Origin: Candidatus Bipolaricaulota bacterium
GTDB lineage: Bacteria; Bipolaricaulota; Bipolaricaulia; RBG-16-55-9; DRXL01
Direction of reading: 5' to 3'
Length of the DNA stretch: 64,000 bases
Assembly: GCA_025061735.1 (NCBI GenBank)
Contig: JANXAU010000044.1
Coordinates: 13,933 to 77,932 of the forward strand
The position numbers and the translations under genes were made by a program. Shown piece by piece: positions 6,366 to 15,648 of this stretch. Numbering within the stretch: the first letter of the stretch is position 1; every line of letters begins with the position of its first letter. The notes beneath the pieces were generated by a model, which saw only the letters and a list, made by a program, of their open reading frames with translations, was not told the origin of the DNA and ran no database searches.

Positions 6366-9214
6366 TGCCCCGCCGATCCCCGCCTGTGCCCCCTCTGCTC
6401 GATCTGCTCCCTAAAGAGGTCTCCCCGGAGACCGGGCCGGCCCTGCGCGACCGCCCGCGTTCTCTGGCGCACGACCAGCTGCTCCTGGAGCGCCTAGAGA
6501 TCGAAAACTTCTGGAGCTACCGCAAAGCGACGGTGCAGTTTGAGCCGGGGATCACGGTGATCGCCGGTCCTAACGGCAGCGGCAAATCTTCGCTTCTGGA
6601 GAGCATCTTCTTCGCGCTCTACGGCAGCGAAGCCCGGCATGTCATCGGGCGCAATCTCGACGAGATCCTGCGCATCGGTGCGGAATCGGGGTCGGTGAGG
6701 CTAGACTTTTCGTACAGCGGGCGGCGCTACACCGCCCAGATCGCGTTGCGCCGCCACAAGGGCGCCACCAAGAGCGAGCGCGACGGATGTCAATTGAGCT
6801 GCGAGGACGGCACCGTCTGGTTGGGGGTAGAAGACGTCACGGCCGAGATCGAAAGGCTCTTTGGCATGGATCGCGACGGGTTCACCAACTGTGTCTATGT
6901 GCGCCAAGGCGAGATCGACAAGCTGATTCGCGCCGACCGCAAGACACGCGAGCAGATGCTCGACGGGCTTTTGGGGCTGTACAAGCTCGATCTCTACGTC
7001 AGTCCACGAGCCAAAGAAGCCCAGCGGGCGCTCAACCGTCGCGCGGAGGTGATCTCTGCGCGGATCGCGCGCCTGCGCGCCGAGATCGAGTCGTTAGAGG
7101 GGCAGGAGCTGGGGCGCCAGAAGCAGCAGCTCACCGAGAAGATCGAGGCCGTGCACGCCCAACTCAAGGAGCTGGATGAGCAACGCGCGGACGCTTATAA
7201 GCGCTTGCAGATCTACGAAGAAGAGATCAAGCGTTTTCAACAGACGCAACAGGAGGCCGAGCAGACCCAGCGGGAGCTGAAGGAGAAAGAGCGTCGCTTG
7301 GCGCAGCGGGAGTCGGAGCGCCGTGCCCTCGAAGCGGAGCTAGAAGCGCTAGAGGTGCGTCAACAGAAGGCGATCTTAGGGATTAGAGCAGCTCTGCAAA
7401 AATGGGACGTCGCGTTGTCGCCCATCTTAAATTCGTTAGAGCGAGCCACGGCGTGGGAAGAGATCTGCTGGTTGCCCGGGGCATTGAGCGAGAGCCGCCA
7501 GCGCGTGGAGAGCCAGCGCGAGCGGGTGCGAGAGCTGCGCGAGTCCGAGGTGCGTCTTGCGACCGAGAGAGCGCAACACGAGCGAAACTTGGCTGAATGG
7601 CAAGAGCAGCGCCGCGAGCTCATGAAGCTCTATGAGCGCGAGGAGAGGCAGCTTCGCCAACACGAAGCTCAGAAAGCCCAAACAGAATCGCTCTTGCGAG
7701 CGCAAGAGCGTCAAATCAACGAAATGCTGATGGGGCTGCGCTTGGACGCCCAGAAGGCGGGGGTGCCATCTTGGGGGGAGAAGGTCACCGCGGGCCAGAT
7801 CGCGCAATGGCGCGCGGCGTGGGCGGAGCGCTTGAGTGTCTTGGAGGGGCAGGGCGAACAGGCGCGTCGTGCGGTCTTCGAGGCGCGAACCCAGTGCGAT
7901 CTCTTGCGGCGCGCCAGCGAAGAGAAACAGAAGTTGTTGGCGGAAGGGCGCTGTCCGACGTGCGGGCAGCCCGTAACGGCAGAGCATCTGGCCAAGGCGC
8001 TAGAGGAGTTCCAGCCCCGGCTTGCGGAACTGGAGCGCCTCGTCCACGAAGAAGAGGCCGCGCTGCGTCAGATCGAAGAGAAGCTTGCTCGCTGGCGCGC
8101 CGTACAGAAGCAGCTGGATAGGCTGATCGTAGAGATGGAACGGCTGCAAGCACGGCAGCAAGAGGCCGCTCTGCAGGAGCGAGCCATCAGCGAAGGGCAG
8201 GAGCGCTTGACAGCGCTGCACGCTCGACTGGCCGAGCTGGATCAACGCATTGAAAACGAAAGGGCGATACTCGCAGCGCGGCAGTCGCAACACGAAGAGC
8301 TGCGCGCGCAGCTGAAGTCGGCCCACCAGGAATTCGAAGAGTCGTTAGCTCGCCAACAAAAATTGGAAGACTTAAAGTCCGAGGTGGAGCAGTGGCTGCG
8401 GCAGCGCGCCCACAAACGCGAGAAGCAGGGCGCGCACAAGGCGCTTTTGGAGAGCCTCAACGAGTTGCGCGGCGATGTGGCGCGCTTGCAGGATCGCCTC
8501 GCGCAGCTCCGGGCGCGTCTTCGGGACCAATCCGAAAGCGAGCATAAGAAAATCTACGTGCAACAGAGGCTGGAACAGCTTCAGCAGCAACGTGCGGCCG
8601 TTCAACAAGAGTATGAAGAGTTGGCGCAGCGGCGCGGCATGATCCAGAGCCAGCTGGAGCACCTGGAGAAGCTGAGAGCTGAACACGATCAGGCTCTGCA
8701 AGAGCAAGCGCGCTTGGAGAGGCTCCAGACAGAGTTGGCCGAGATCGTCTCGATCTATCAGACGACCAAAGTTGAGCTGCGCAAGCGCAATCTAGAAGCG
8801 CTCAATTATTACTTTAACGAGTTTTTTGCGCTGATGGATTCTGGGGACAGCTATCGGCGGGTGCGGGTGCGCGACGATTACGAGATCGAAGTTGAGCTGA
8901 AGAGCGGGCGCAAGCTCAATCCCGCGTTGCTCTCGGGGGGCGAGCGCGCGCTGACGAACATCGCTCTGCGCTGCGCCATTCATCAAGTCTTGGCCAAAGC
9001 GGTGCGGAGAATGCCCTTGATCTTGGACGAGCCGACGATCTATTTAGATCGCGATCGCATTCACCGATTGCAGTTTTTGCTAGAAGACTTGGGCAAGCGC
9101 GTAGGGCAAGTGATTGTCGTCTCGCACGAAGTGGGTCTGGTTGAGGGGGCCGATCACGAATATCGCACCGAGAAGGGCAGCGATAATATCAGTATAATCT
9201 ATAAAGTGCGTTAG
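6365..9214 (+). CDS. rad50: Rad50/SbcC-family SMC-like ATPase with a CPTC zinc hook
   Basis: Walker A GPNGSGKSS, long coiled coil, hook CPTCGQP, signature LSGGE, Walker B LILDEPT, H-loop VVSHE. Confidence 0.9.
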   Translation: MPRRSPPVPPLLDLLPKEVSPETGPALRDRPRSLAHDQLLLERLEIENFWSYRKATVQFEPGITVIAGPNGSGKSSLLESIFFALYGSEARHVIGRNLDEILRIGAESGSVRLDFSYSGRRYTAQIALRRHKGATKSERDGCQLSCEDGTVWLGVEDVTAEIERLFGMDRDGFTNCVYVRQGEIDKLIRADRKTREQMLDGLLGLYKLDLYVSPRAKEAQRALNRRAEVISARIARLRAEIESLEGQELGRQKQQLTEKIEAVHAQLKELDEQRADAYKRLQIYEEEIKRFQQTQQEAEQTQRELKEKERRLAQRESERRALEAELEALEVRQQKAILGIRAALQKWDVALSPILNSLERATAWEEICWLPGALSESRQRVESQRERVRELRESEVRLATERAQHERNLAEWQEQRRELMKLYEREERQLRQHEAQKAQTESLLRAQERQINEMLMGLRLDAQKAGVPSWGEKVTAGQIAQWRAAWAERLSVLEGQGEQARRAVFEARTQCDLLRRASEEKQKLLAEGRCPTCGQPVTAEHLAKALEEFQPRLAELERLVHEEEAALRQIEEKLARWRAVQKQLDRLIVEMERLQARQQEAALQERAISEGQERLTALHARLAELDQRIENERAILAARQSQHEELRAQLKSAHQEFEESLARQQKLEDLKSEVEQWLRQRAHKREKQGAHKALLESLNELRGDVARLQDRLAQLRARLRDQSESEHKKIYVQQRLEQLQQQRAAVQQEYEELAQRRGMIQSQLEHLEKLRAEHDQALQEQARLERLQTELAEIVSIYQTTKVELRKRNLEALNYYFNEFFALMDSGDSYRRVRVRDDYEIEVELKSGRKLNPALLSGGERALTNIALRCAIHQVLAKAVRRMPLILDEPTIYLDRDRIHRLQFLLEDLGKRVGQVIVVSHEVGLVEGADHEYRTEKGSDNISIIYKVR

Positions 9215-9216
9215 TT

Positions 9217-10461
9217 ATGCTCTCTCTCGATGTCCGGCGGCTCTTCTTCGGAGAACTCAAAGTAATGGGCGAGCGCGCCCGCCGCGGCCCCGATCACCGC
9301 GAACTCGCCCGCAAACTCTTTGAGAATCTCCATCTCGATGGGGCGATCAAAACGCTGACCCCCCTCGCGCGACGTTCTGAACCCATCTTGACGCTCGCCG
9401 AGTTCACGCGCGACCCCTTCGGCGTCGCCTACGGCCTAGATGGCGGCAGCACCCGCCCCATGCAGTTCACCAACGGGACTACCCTCTGCGCCAATCAAGC
9501 CGTGCTCGTCCCCGATCCCCACAGCAAATACCAAAATCTCACTCTGGAAACCTGGCGCACGGTCGCCGTCGTCTCGCACTCGTTTCAGAACCTCGGCGAG
9601 GCCCGCGTTCACTACCTAGAGCAAGAGCACACGCACGCTTGGAGAATTCACTTGACGCAAGACTTCGTGCGCCGCGAAGTCGAGCAGATCGTCAAAGGGC
9701 TGGCCGATATCGCCAGCGAGCCCCACCATGCCCTGAAGATGATCGAGAAGCTCGATCTCCAAGAGGGGCTTCTCGTCGTAGATGGTGCGCTCTACCCCAT
9801 TCGCCTCTTTCGCTATCTGTTGGAGGAATCTCAAGGGAGCTGGGGCTATCGCTGGGACATCAATCTCACGTCGCTCCCGGGATTGCTCGATCTCATGGCC
9901 GGTCCGGTCCGCCTCGTCGAACTCTGTGCCCACCGGCGCTTGCCCCTCATAGCTATTAATAAAACCCCAGAGACCGAATGGTTCTTGAAATTCTGCTTAG
10001 AGCGGGATCAGCAGCACTGGGCCAACGATAGACAGTTCTTCAGCGCCGTCCTCAGCGATACTCCCAAAGATTCTCTCGGCTACACGAATTGGTTCGTCCA
10101 GGAGGCCTATCCGTCGTGGGACGAGCCGAACCGCGAGATCGAGCTGCCGCACTCCATCCCTGATTTCAGCTTCTCTCTAGAAGCGTCGGCCTATCACGTC
10201 GCGTTCTTCTATCTCTACGATCCCAGAGTGCGCAGCGCGCTCAAGGTCGAAGCTCCCCGAGTCATCTTAGAGCAACACGACCCAGAGCTGTTGCAACGTC
10301 GCATCCTCGCGGAGATCGCGCGTGGCAAGGGCGTCCCCCACGCGATCCGCAAGGCCGACAGCCGCGCGCGCGTCACCCAGACCGAGCGCGAAGCCCTCAT
10401 GCGCACCTGCGGGCTAGAACCCGATTATTATTATAACCTCAGCCGGGGCGAGAGCTTATGA
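9217..10461 (+). CDS. nurA: NurA-like 5'-3' nuclease (RNase H-like fold)
   Basis: Starts 2 nt after the rad50 stop. Contains NurA-type acidic motifs AYGLDGGST and LLVVDGALYP at the expected positions, and its size (414 aa) fits. Confidence 0.6.
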   Translation: MLSLDVRRLFFGELKVMGERARRGPDHRELARKLFENLHLDGAIKTLTPLARRSEPILTLAEFTRDPFGVAYGLDGGSTRPMQFTNGTTLCANQAVLVPDPHSKYQNLTLETWRTVAVVSHSFQNLGEARVHYLEQEHTHAWRIHLTQDFVRREVEQIVKGLADIASEPHHALKMIEKLDLQEGLLVVDGALYPIRLFRYLLEESQGSWGYRWDINLTSLPGLLDLMAGPVRLVELCAHRRLPLIAINKTPETEWFLKFCLERDQQHWANDRQFFSAVLSDTPKDSLGYTNWFVQEAYPSWDEPNREIELPHSIPDFSFSLEASAYHVAFFYLYDPRVRSALKVEAPRVILEQHDPELLQRRILAEIARGKGVPHAIRKADSRARVTQTEREALMRTCGLEPDYYYNLSRGESL

Positions 10462-10961
10462 ACTCCCATATCGCTTGCGCCTCTAAAGGGGCTAACGTCG
10501 TCTGCTGGGTCGTCACCGTGAGCGACACCCGCACTGAACAGACCGATATCACGGGAAAATTCACCCAAGAGCAGTTGCGCGCTCACGGCCATCACGTCGC
10601 CCTCTATCAGATCATCAAAAACGATACCAATCAGATTATCTCGATAGCAGAGAGATTTCGGGATGACCCTCACGCCCATGTCGCGATCTTTCTGGGAGGC
10701 ACGGGGCTGTCGTCTAAAGATCGGACGGCCCGCACGTTGAGAAAGCTTTACGACGAAGAGATCATGGGGTTTGGCGAACTCTTCCGGATGTTGAGCTATC
10801 ACGAGGTCGGCCCCTACGCGCTGCTGAGCCGCGCCAGCGCGGGGGTTATCAACCAAAAGTTGGTCTTCTCGCTGCCGGGGTCGGAGAACGCCGTGCGGTT
10901 GGCGATAGAGAAACTGATAGTGCCTATCCTTGGCCATGCCGTCGAGCAACTGCGCAAGTAG
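10458..10961 (+). CDS. moaB: molybdenum cofactor biosynthesis protein MoaB/MogA (molybdopterin adenylyltransferase family)
   Basis: GGTGLSSKDRT and GSENA motifs; overlaps the nurA stop (ATGA). Confidence 0.8.
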   Translation: MNSHIACASKGANVVCWVVTVSDTRTEQTDITGKFTQEQLRAHGHHVALYQIIKNDTNQIISIAERFRDDPHAHVAIFLGGTGLSSKDRTARTLRKLYDEEIMGFGELFRMLSYHEVGPYALLSRASAGVINQKLVFSLPGSENAVRLAIEKLIVPILGHAVEQLRK

Positions 10962-11556
10962 CGACTTTTCGGTGATCGTGCTGGCGGGGGGACGCTCGCT
11001 CCGGTTGGGGCGCGATAAAGCGCTCTTGCCCTGGGGAGAGAGCACGGTCATCGAGCACGTCGTCGCTCGATGTCAGAGTCTGAGCGACGATCTTCTGGTC
11101 ATCACGGGAGAAAAGATTCGCTATAGCGATCTGTTGCGCGTGCCCATCGTTGCAGACGAGATCGTAGATTGCGGGCCAATGGGCGGGCTGTACACGGGCT
11201 TGAAGCGAGCGCGGTATGAATATAGCTTAGCCGTCGCGTGTGACATGCCGTTGGTGCGTCCAGAGCTGGTGCAGTTACTGGCTCAAGAGCGCGTGCATCG
11301 TTCTTGGGCTATTGTTCCTGAAGTCAACGGCCATCGCGTGCCGACGCTGGCGCTCTATCACAAGAGCTGTCTTTCGATCATCGAGCAGCTTCTCTCAAGA
11401 GAGCGCACGTCGCTCCAAGCGCTGCTCGACGCTGTCTCTGTGAGGGTCATCCCTGAAGAGCGCGTACGCGAGAGCGATCCCGACTTGAGATCGTTTGTCA
11501 ATCTCAATCGTCTAGAAGACTGGGAGCGCTGGCGTGTCGGTTCCACGCGTGCGTAG
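10936..11556 (+). CDS. mobA: molybdenum cofactor guanylyltransferase MobA
   Basis: VIVLAGGRSLRLGRDKALLPW N-terminal nucleotide-binding motif. The start is ambiguous (TTG 10930, ATG 10936 or GTG 10972). Confidence 0.7.
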   Translation: MPSSNCASSDFSVIVLAGGRSLRLGRDKALLPWGESTVIEHVVARCQSLSDDLLVITGEKIRYSDLLRVPIVADEIVDCGPMGGLYTGLKRARYEYSLAVACDMPLVRPELVQLLAQERVHRSWAIVPEVNGHRVPTLALYHKSCLSIIEQLLSRERTSLQALLDAVSVRVIPEERVRESDPDLRSFVNLNRLEDWERWRVGSTRA

Positions 11557-12307
11557 CGTATTTGCGGCGCAGAAGCTCTCTGGCGTGCGCTTCTTCCTCT
11601 GCGGTAAGCGTTCCGACGGTAAACTTCTGGCGAAAGTGCTCTTCAAACCCCGACCGTATAGCAGCGCGCAACGCTTCGCGCGAGATTGCGCGAAACTCTC
11701 TCAATCCTGCGGCGCGCTGACGTAACAGACTCCGGGCGCGAGGGTCTGAAATCTTGAGTACAGCCGCTAGGGCTTCAAAATCTATCGAGAGGGGGATCGA
11801 GCCGTGCTGTAAGAGCGATCTTTGGGTGCGTACTTGCGCGCTGCCGATCACTTTTTTGTTTTGAATACTCAGTTCGACTGGCGCGGGCGTCGCAAAGCAG
11901 ACGGCGCTCAGATCGGGCGAGCGCTCGCGATGGTGAGCAAACTCCGCGCGCAGCCCTAAGCGCTCCAACCCCAACGCCAGCGCTCGGCTGATCTGCTCGT
12001 GCGAGCGCGCGACGCTCTCGCCCAACAGCGCAATCGGCGCGACAAAGCTATACGTCAGTTCGTCGTGATGCAAGACCGCGCGCCCGCCGGTGGGCCGGCG
12101 AACCCAGTCGAATCCCCGTCGGGCGCACTCTTCTAAGTCTATCTCTGAAAGATCTTGAAAATATCCCAGCGAGAGCGTCGGGCGCTCCCATTGATAGAGC
12201 CGCAGGGTTACGTGGGGCTGCGCGTCGCACGACCGTAAGAGCGCTTCGTCAACGGCCATGTTCCACGGGGCGCTGCCGACGCCGGTGTCCAGAACGCGCC
12301 AGAGCAT
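11504..12307 (-). CDS. lipoate-protein ligase / octanoyltransferase (BPL/LPL catalytic domain family)
   Basis: WNMAVDEALL…LRLYQWERPTLSLGYFQ…GGRAVLHHDELTYS motifs typical of LplA/LipM. Its 3' end overlaps mobA by 53 nt (convergent). Confidence 0.7.
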   Translation of the reverse strand: MLWRVLDTGVGSAPWNMAVDEALLRSCDAQPHVTLRLYQWERPTLSLGYFQDLSEIDLEECARRGFDWVRRPTGGRAVLHHDELTYSFVAPIALLGESVARSHEQISRALALGLERLGLRAEFAHHRERSPDLSAVCFATPAPVELSIQNKKVIGSAQVRTQRSLLQHGSIPLSIDFEALAAVLKISDPRARSLLRQRAAGLREFRAISREALRAAIRSGFEEHFRQKFTVGTLTAEEEAHARELLRRKYATHAWNRHASAPSLLDD

Positions 12308-12446
12308 ACTCAGACTATAGCAAAAACTGACGGACGATGCAGATGATCAAAACTCTCAAGGGAATTACAGTAACATCGCGTTAGAACTCGCTAGACAAAC
12401 TGCGGTATTGCCTTTCTGGTTTATCACACACTATATAATACTACTG

Positions 12447-12653
12447 ACCATGAAGACCAAAGAGCTGTCTCTGGACGAAGAGATCGAGATACTGGTCAAA
12501 GTTGGTATGCATAAGAACAAAGCCGACTTACTCCGAGAGGCCTTGCGCCTTTATCGAGAAGCTCACCCTGATAAGAAAATTGGAGATAGCGATTCAGCTG
12601 TGCTTCGGCTACGATTTCCCAAAAAGGATCTTCGCCCGTGTAAGAGTGCTTGA
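12447..12653 (+). CDS. small antitoxin-like protein (MKTKELSLDEEIEILVKVGM…) in an AT-rich islet
   Basis: Short ORF preceded by a TATAAT, with sequence like ribbon-helix-helix or UPF0175 antitoxin N-termini. Its 3' part overlaps the next frame. Low confidence. Confidence 0.3.
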   Translation, partial: TMKTKELSLDEEIEILVKVGMHKNKADLLREALRLYREAHPDKKIGDSDSAVLRLRFPKKDLRPCKSA

Positions 12654-12798
12654 TCTGTCGCCCCAAGAGCAGCAGGATTACCGCGTCTTATTAGGACAAT
12701 TCCCCACGATTGGTCGAGGAGAGCTGGAGGCGATTGTTGTTTGCAAGCACCGCTCCGGGGTTTTCAGCTCGTTGGATCGTCAAGCCTTCTCTTACTAG
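12502..12798 (+). pseudogene. frameshifted or truncated PIN-like (DUF3368-type) toxin remnant
   Basis: C-terminal …LGQFPTIGRGELEAIVVCKHRSGVFSSLDRQA resembles the DUF3368/PIN C-terminal motif. The reading frame switches relative to the upstream ORF at a cccaaaaagg homopolymer (~12611-12620). The local GC content is clearly below that of the flanks. Confidence 0.3.
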
Positions 12799-13565
12799 CG
12801 GCGCGGTTTTGCTATCCACGCGAGGGCCGCTCCGGCGATGAACCCCCCGGCGTGCGCCCAGTACGCCACGCCCCCGCCCTCAATAGGGCTAGAAATGCCC
12901 CCCACAAACTGCATCAAAAACCAAAAGCCCAAGAACAACAGAGCGGGCAACTCCAGCAGACGCACAAAGAACGGAAACAACGGCACCAACGTCAAGATCC
13001 GTCCATAGGGGAATAAGACCAAATACGCCCCCAACACCCCAGAGATCGCCCCGCTGGCCCCCACCATCGGGATAGTAGAACTTGGGCTGGTGAGAATCTG
13101 CGCGAACGCCGCGGCTACCCCGCACACCAGATAAAAGCCCAAATACCCCAAACGCCCAAAGACGCTTTCTATATTATCCCCAAAGATCCACAAGTACCAC
13201 ATGTTGCCCAAGATGTGCAACAGACCCGCATGGAGAAACATCGAGGTGATCAGCGTCAACCAGGCGGCCATCGGTATGAAGGGGGGCAGATCTATCCCGC
13301 GCGTGATCTCGCAGGGGACGACCCCAAACCGAAACGTGAAGAGATCCTCTTCGGAGAGCCGCGCGAAGCGCAGCATCTGTCTCAGCTCTCTGGGGGTATC
13401 GCATCCCGCCGCATCCCAAGCCGCAAGCCAACGACTCGGCAGCTCCCGCGCCGGCACGTCGCTCAACGAGAGTTGATACAAAAAAACGATCACATTGACA
13501 ACGATTAGAATCACATTGACCAGCGGAAATCGCCCGCTGGGATGGTAGTCCCTCAGGGGTATCAT
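12795..13565 (-). CDS. rhomboid-family intramembrane serine protease
   Basis: Multi-TM protein with the catalytic GASGAISGVLGAY motif and a downstream His-containing helix (AHAGGFIAG). Confidence 0.85.
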   Translation of the reverse strand: MIPLRDYHPSGRFPLVNVILIVVNVIVFLYQLSLSDVPARELPSRWLAAWDAAGCDTPRELRQMLRFARLSEEDLFTFRFGVVPCEITRGIDLPPFIPMAAWLTLITSMFLHAGLLHILGNMWYLWIFGDNIESVFGRLGYLGFYLVCGVAAAFAQILTSPSSTIPMVGASGAISGVLGAYLVLFPYGRILTLVPLFPFFVRLLELPALLFLGFWFLMQFVGGISSPIEGGGVAYWAHAGGFIAGAALAWIAKPRR

Positions 13566-13644
13566 AAAACAAGTCTAGCAAAACCCTCTTGCAGTGACAA
13601 GCGTCCTTGAAGTGGCCCCAGAGAGCCTCTATAAATGATCGGCC

Positions 13645-14670
13645 ATGACGGAACTCTCTGTCTTTGATTTCTTGATCCCATTAGGCGTAACGGTCGGCGT
13701 CTGGATCACCGGGCTGATCGTGCGGCACTATCTCTTTCGGTATCTCCATCGCATCGCTGCCCAGACCGAATGGGCCTTCGACGATATTGTCATCAAGATC
13801 ACGCGTGGGCCGTTTGTCATCTGGGCGCTGATGCTTGGCATCTATATCGCCTTGCAGATCTCGCGCCTGCCCGACCCCGTTGTGAACGAATTGGGTAAGT
13901 TACTCCTGGGCTTGGCGATTCTCTCCGTCACGTTGGTCATTGCTAATATCTTGGCGGAGTTGATCCTCCGATCTGCGACCAAGGCGCAAGTCCCCACTCC
14001 CCAACTGATCCCCAACATCACCAAGGCCGTCGTGATCGGCTTAGGGGTCTTGGTCTTGTTGGGCACGTTGGGGATTCAAATTACTCCCATTCTCACGGCT
14101 TTTGGGATTGGCGGTCTGGCCGTAGCGCTGGCGTTGCAAGACACGCTCAGCAATCTCTTCGCAGGGTTCTACACGACGCTCGCCAAGCAAGTTCGGGTGG
14201 GGGATTTTATCAGACTAGATTCTGGTATCGAGGGCCAAGTCGTAGATATCAGCTGGCGCACGACGACCGTGCGCGACCCGTTTAATAATTTGATCGTCAT
14301 TCCCAACACCAAGCTCTCGCAGAGCATCATTACGAATTACGCGCTGCCGGAGCCAGCGCTGACGCTGCGCTTGCCCGTTGGAGTCAGCTACGACTCCGAT
14401 CCGGAGCACGTCGAGCGGGTCTTGTTAGAGATCGCCAAGGGGGCGCAGGGCCAAGTTTCGGGGATGGAGGAGAGCGTAGAGCCGGTGGTGCGTTTCACGG
14501 GGTTTGGCGAATCGGCTCTAGAATTTGTGTTGATAGTGCGCGTGAAGGCCTTTCAAGATCAGTTTACCGTCGCGCACGAGCTGCGCAAGAGAATCTTCAA
14601 GAGATTTCGCGAAGAGGGGATCGAGATTCCCTTCCCCGTGCGCACGGTCTATCTGCATCACGGGCGCTGA
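13645..14670 (+). CDS. MscS-family small-conductance mechanosensitive channel
   Basis: TM3 pore helix (FGIGGLAVALALQDTLSNLFAG) followed by a beta-domain (GDFIRLDSGIEGQVVDISWRTTTVRD). Confidence 0.85.
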   Translation: MTELSVFDFLIPLGVTVGVWITGLIVRHYLFRYLHRIAAQTEWAFDDIVIKITRGPFVIWALMLGIYIALQISRLPDPVVNELGKLLLGLAILSVTLVIANILAELILRSATKAQVPTPQLIPNITKAVVIGLGVLVLLGTLGIQITPILTAFGIGGLAVALALQDTLSNLFAGFYTTLAKQVRVGDFIRLDSGIEGQVVDISWRTTTVRDPFNNLIVIPNTKLSQSIITNYALPEPALTLRLPVGVSYDSDPEHVERVLLEIAKGAQGQVSGMEESVEPVVRFTGFGESALEFVLIVRVKAFQDQFTVAHELRKRIFKRFREEGIEIPFPVRTVYLHHGR

Positions 14671-14733
14671 GGGCAGGCAGGGCAGGTGCAGGGGGGAGGG
14701 GCTGCCCCGGCGGGGCTGCCCTGCCTGCCGCTC
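14671..14733. terminator. compound GC-rich stem-loop between convergent mscS and porB, probably a bidirectional terminator
   Basis: ggcaggcagggcag (14672-14685) pairs perfectly with ctgccctgcctgcc (14716-14729). The loop holds a nested gcccc-ggc-ggggc hairpin. There is no U-tract, as is typical of high-GC genomes. Confidence 0.5.
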
Positions 14734-15648
14734 CTAGGCCCCATCATCAGAAGGGGCCTTCATCTGAACCAGGCGCTGGAGGCGCGCCCAGTTTCTCTCG
14801 ATCTCTTGCTGCATCTGTTCCCGCTCTTGCGGCCCCAGATGCGCAAAGCGCCCTTGAAGTTTGAAATACTCTTCGGCGGGGATGATCTCTCTCTCGTGGG
14901 GCGCGTTGAGCGTGTAGCGCTCCCCGTCTTCGATCTCATAGAGCGGAAAGACGCGCGCTTGGACGGCAAGACGCGCGATCTTGATCGCGTCTTCGGAGGC
15001 GATCCGCCACCCCGGTGGACACGGCGCTAAGATATGCAGAAACTTCATGCCCTGCAGAGACTTCGCTTTTTGTACTTTTCTGATCAAGTCGTCGGGGTAG
15101 GCAATCGTCGCCGTTGCCGTGTACGGGATGCGATGGGCGGCCATGATCGCCACGATGTCTTTCTTGCGCTCGGCTTTGGGGTTCTTCTCTGGGGTTGTGG
15201 TCGTCCACGCGAAGCGCGGGGTCGCGCCGCTGCGCTGGATCCCCGTGTTCATATAGGCTTCGTTGTCATAGCAGATATAGAGAATATTCTCGTTGCGCTC
15301 GGCGGCGCCGGAGAGCGACTGCAACCCAATATCTACGGTGCCCCCGTCCCCGGCCCACGCCACGACGGTCGTCTCGGTGTCGCCCTGAATATCCAAAGCC
15401 GCGCGCACGCCCGACGCAGCTACGGCTGCTGTCTCAAACGCCGTGTGCAAGACGGGGACTTTGAGAGTCGAGTACGGGAACGGCCCAGCGATGATCGTCC
15501 AGCAGCACGCCGGGAGCACGATGACCGTTTTCTCGCCCAGGGCTTTCAAGACATAGCGCATCGCCAAGGCGCCGCCACACCCTTGACACCCCAAGTGCCC
15601 CGAACTCATCAGTTCGATCTCTGGCAAGACGAAGTTCGCGCGGTTCAC
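14734..15648 (-). CDS. porB: pyruvate/2-oxoacid:ferredoxin oxidoreductase beta subunit (TPP-binding)
   Basis: N-terminal CQGCGG Cys cluster, TPP-binding GDGG…N motif and overall PorB length. Confidence 0.85.
   Translation of the reverse strand: MNRANFVLPEIELMSSGHLGCQGCGGALAMRYVLKALGEKTVIVLPACCWTIIAGPFPYSTLKVPVLHTAFETAAVAASGVRAALDIQGDTETTVVAWAGDGGTVDIGLQSLSGAAERNENILYICYDNEAYMNTGIQRSGATPRFAWTTTTPEKNPKAERKKDIVAIMAAHRIPYTATATIAYPDDLIRKVQKAKSLQGMKFLHILAPCPPGWRIASEDAIKIARLAVQARVFPLYEIEDGERYTLNAPHEREIIPAEEYFKLQGRFAHLGPQEREQMQQEIERNWARLQRLVQMKAPSDDGA

Noticed and set aside
6365-9214. Whether the SMC-like ATPase and nuclease could be a phage-defence module (Lamassu, Wadjet, Gabija or OLD-like) rather than Rad50/Mre11.
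   Set aside because: The protein has a genuine CxxC zinc hook in the middle of the coiled coil, together with LSGGE and H-loop motifs. Its partner is a calcineurin-fold Mre11 with full metal-binding motifs. These are hallmarks of housekeeping Rad50-Mre11, not of the defence SMCs.
11504-11556. 53-nt convergent overlap of the mobA and lplA-like 3' ends as a sign of a mis-call or frameshift.
   Set aside because: Both C-termini read as plausible protein to their stops. Convergent 3' overlaps of this size are tolerated, and no alternative frame improved either gene.
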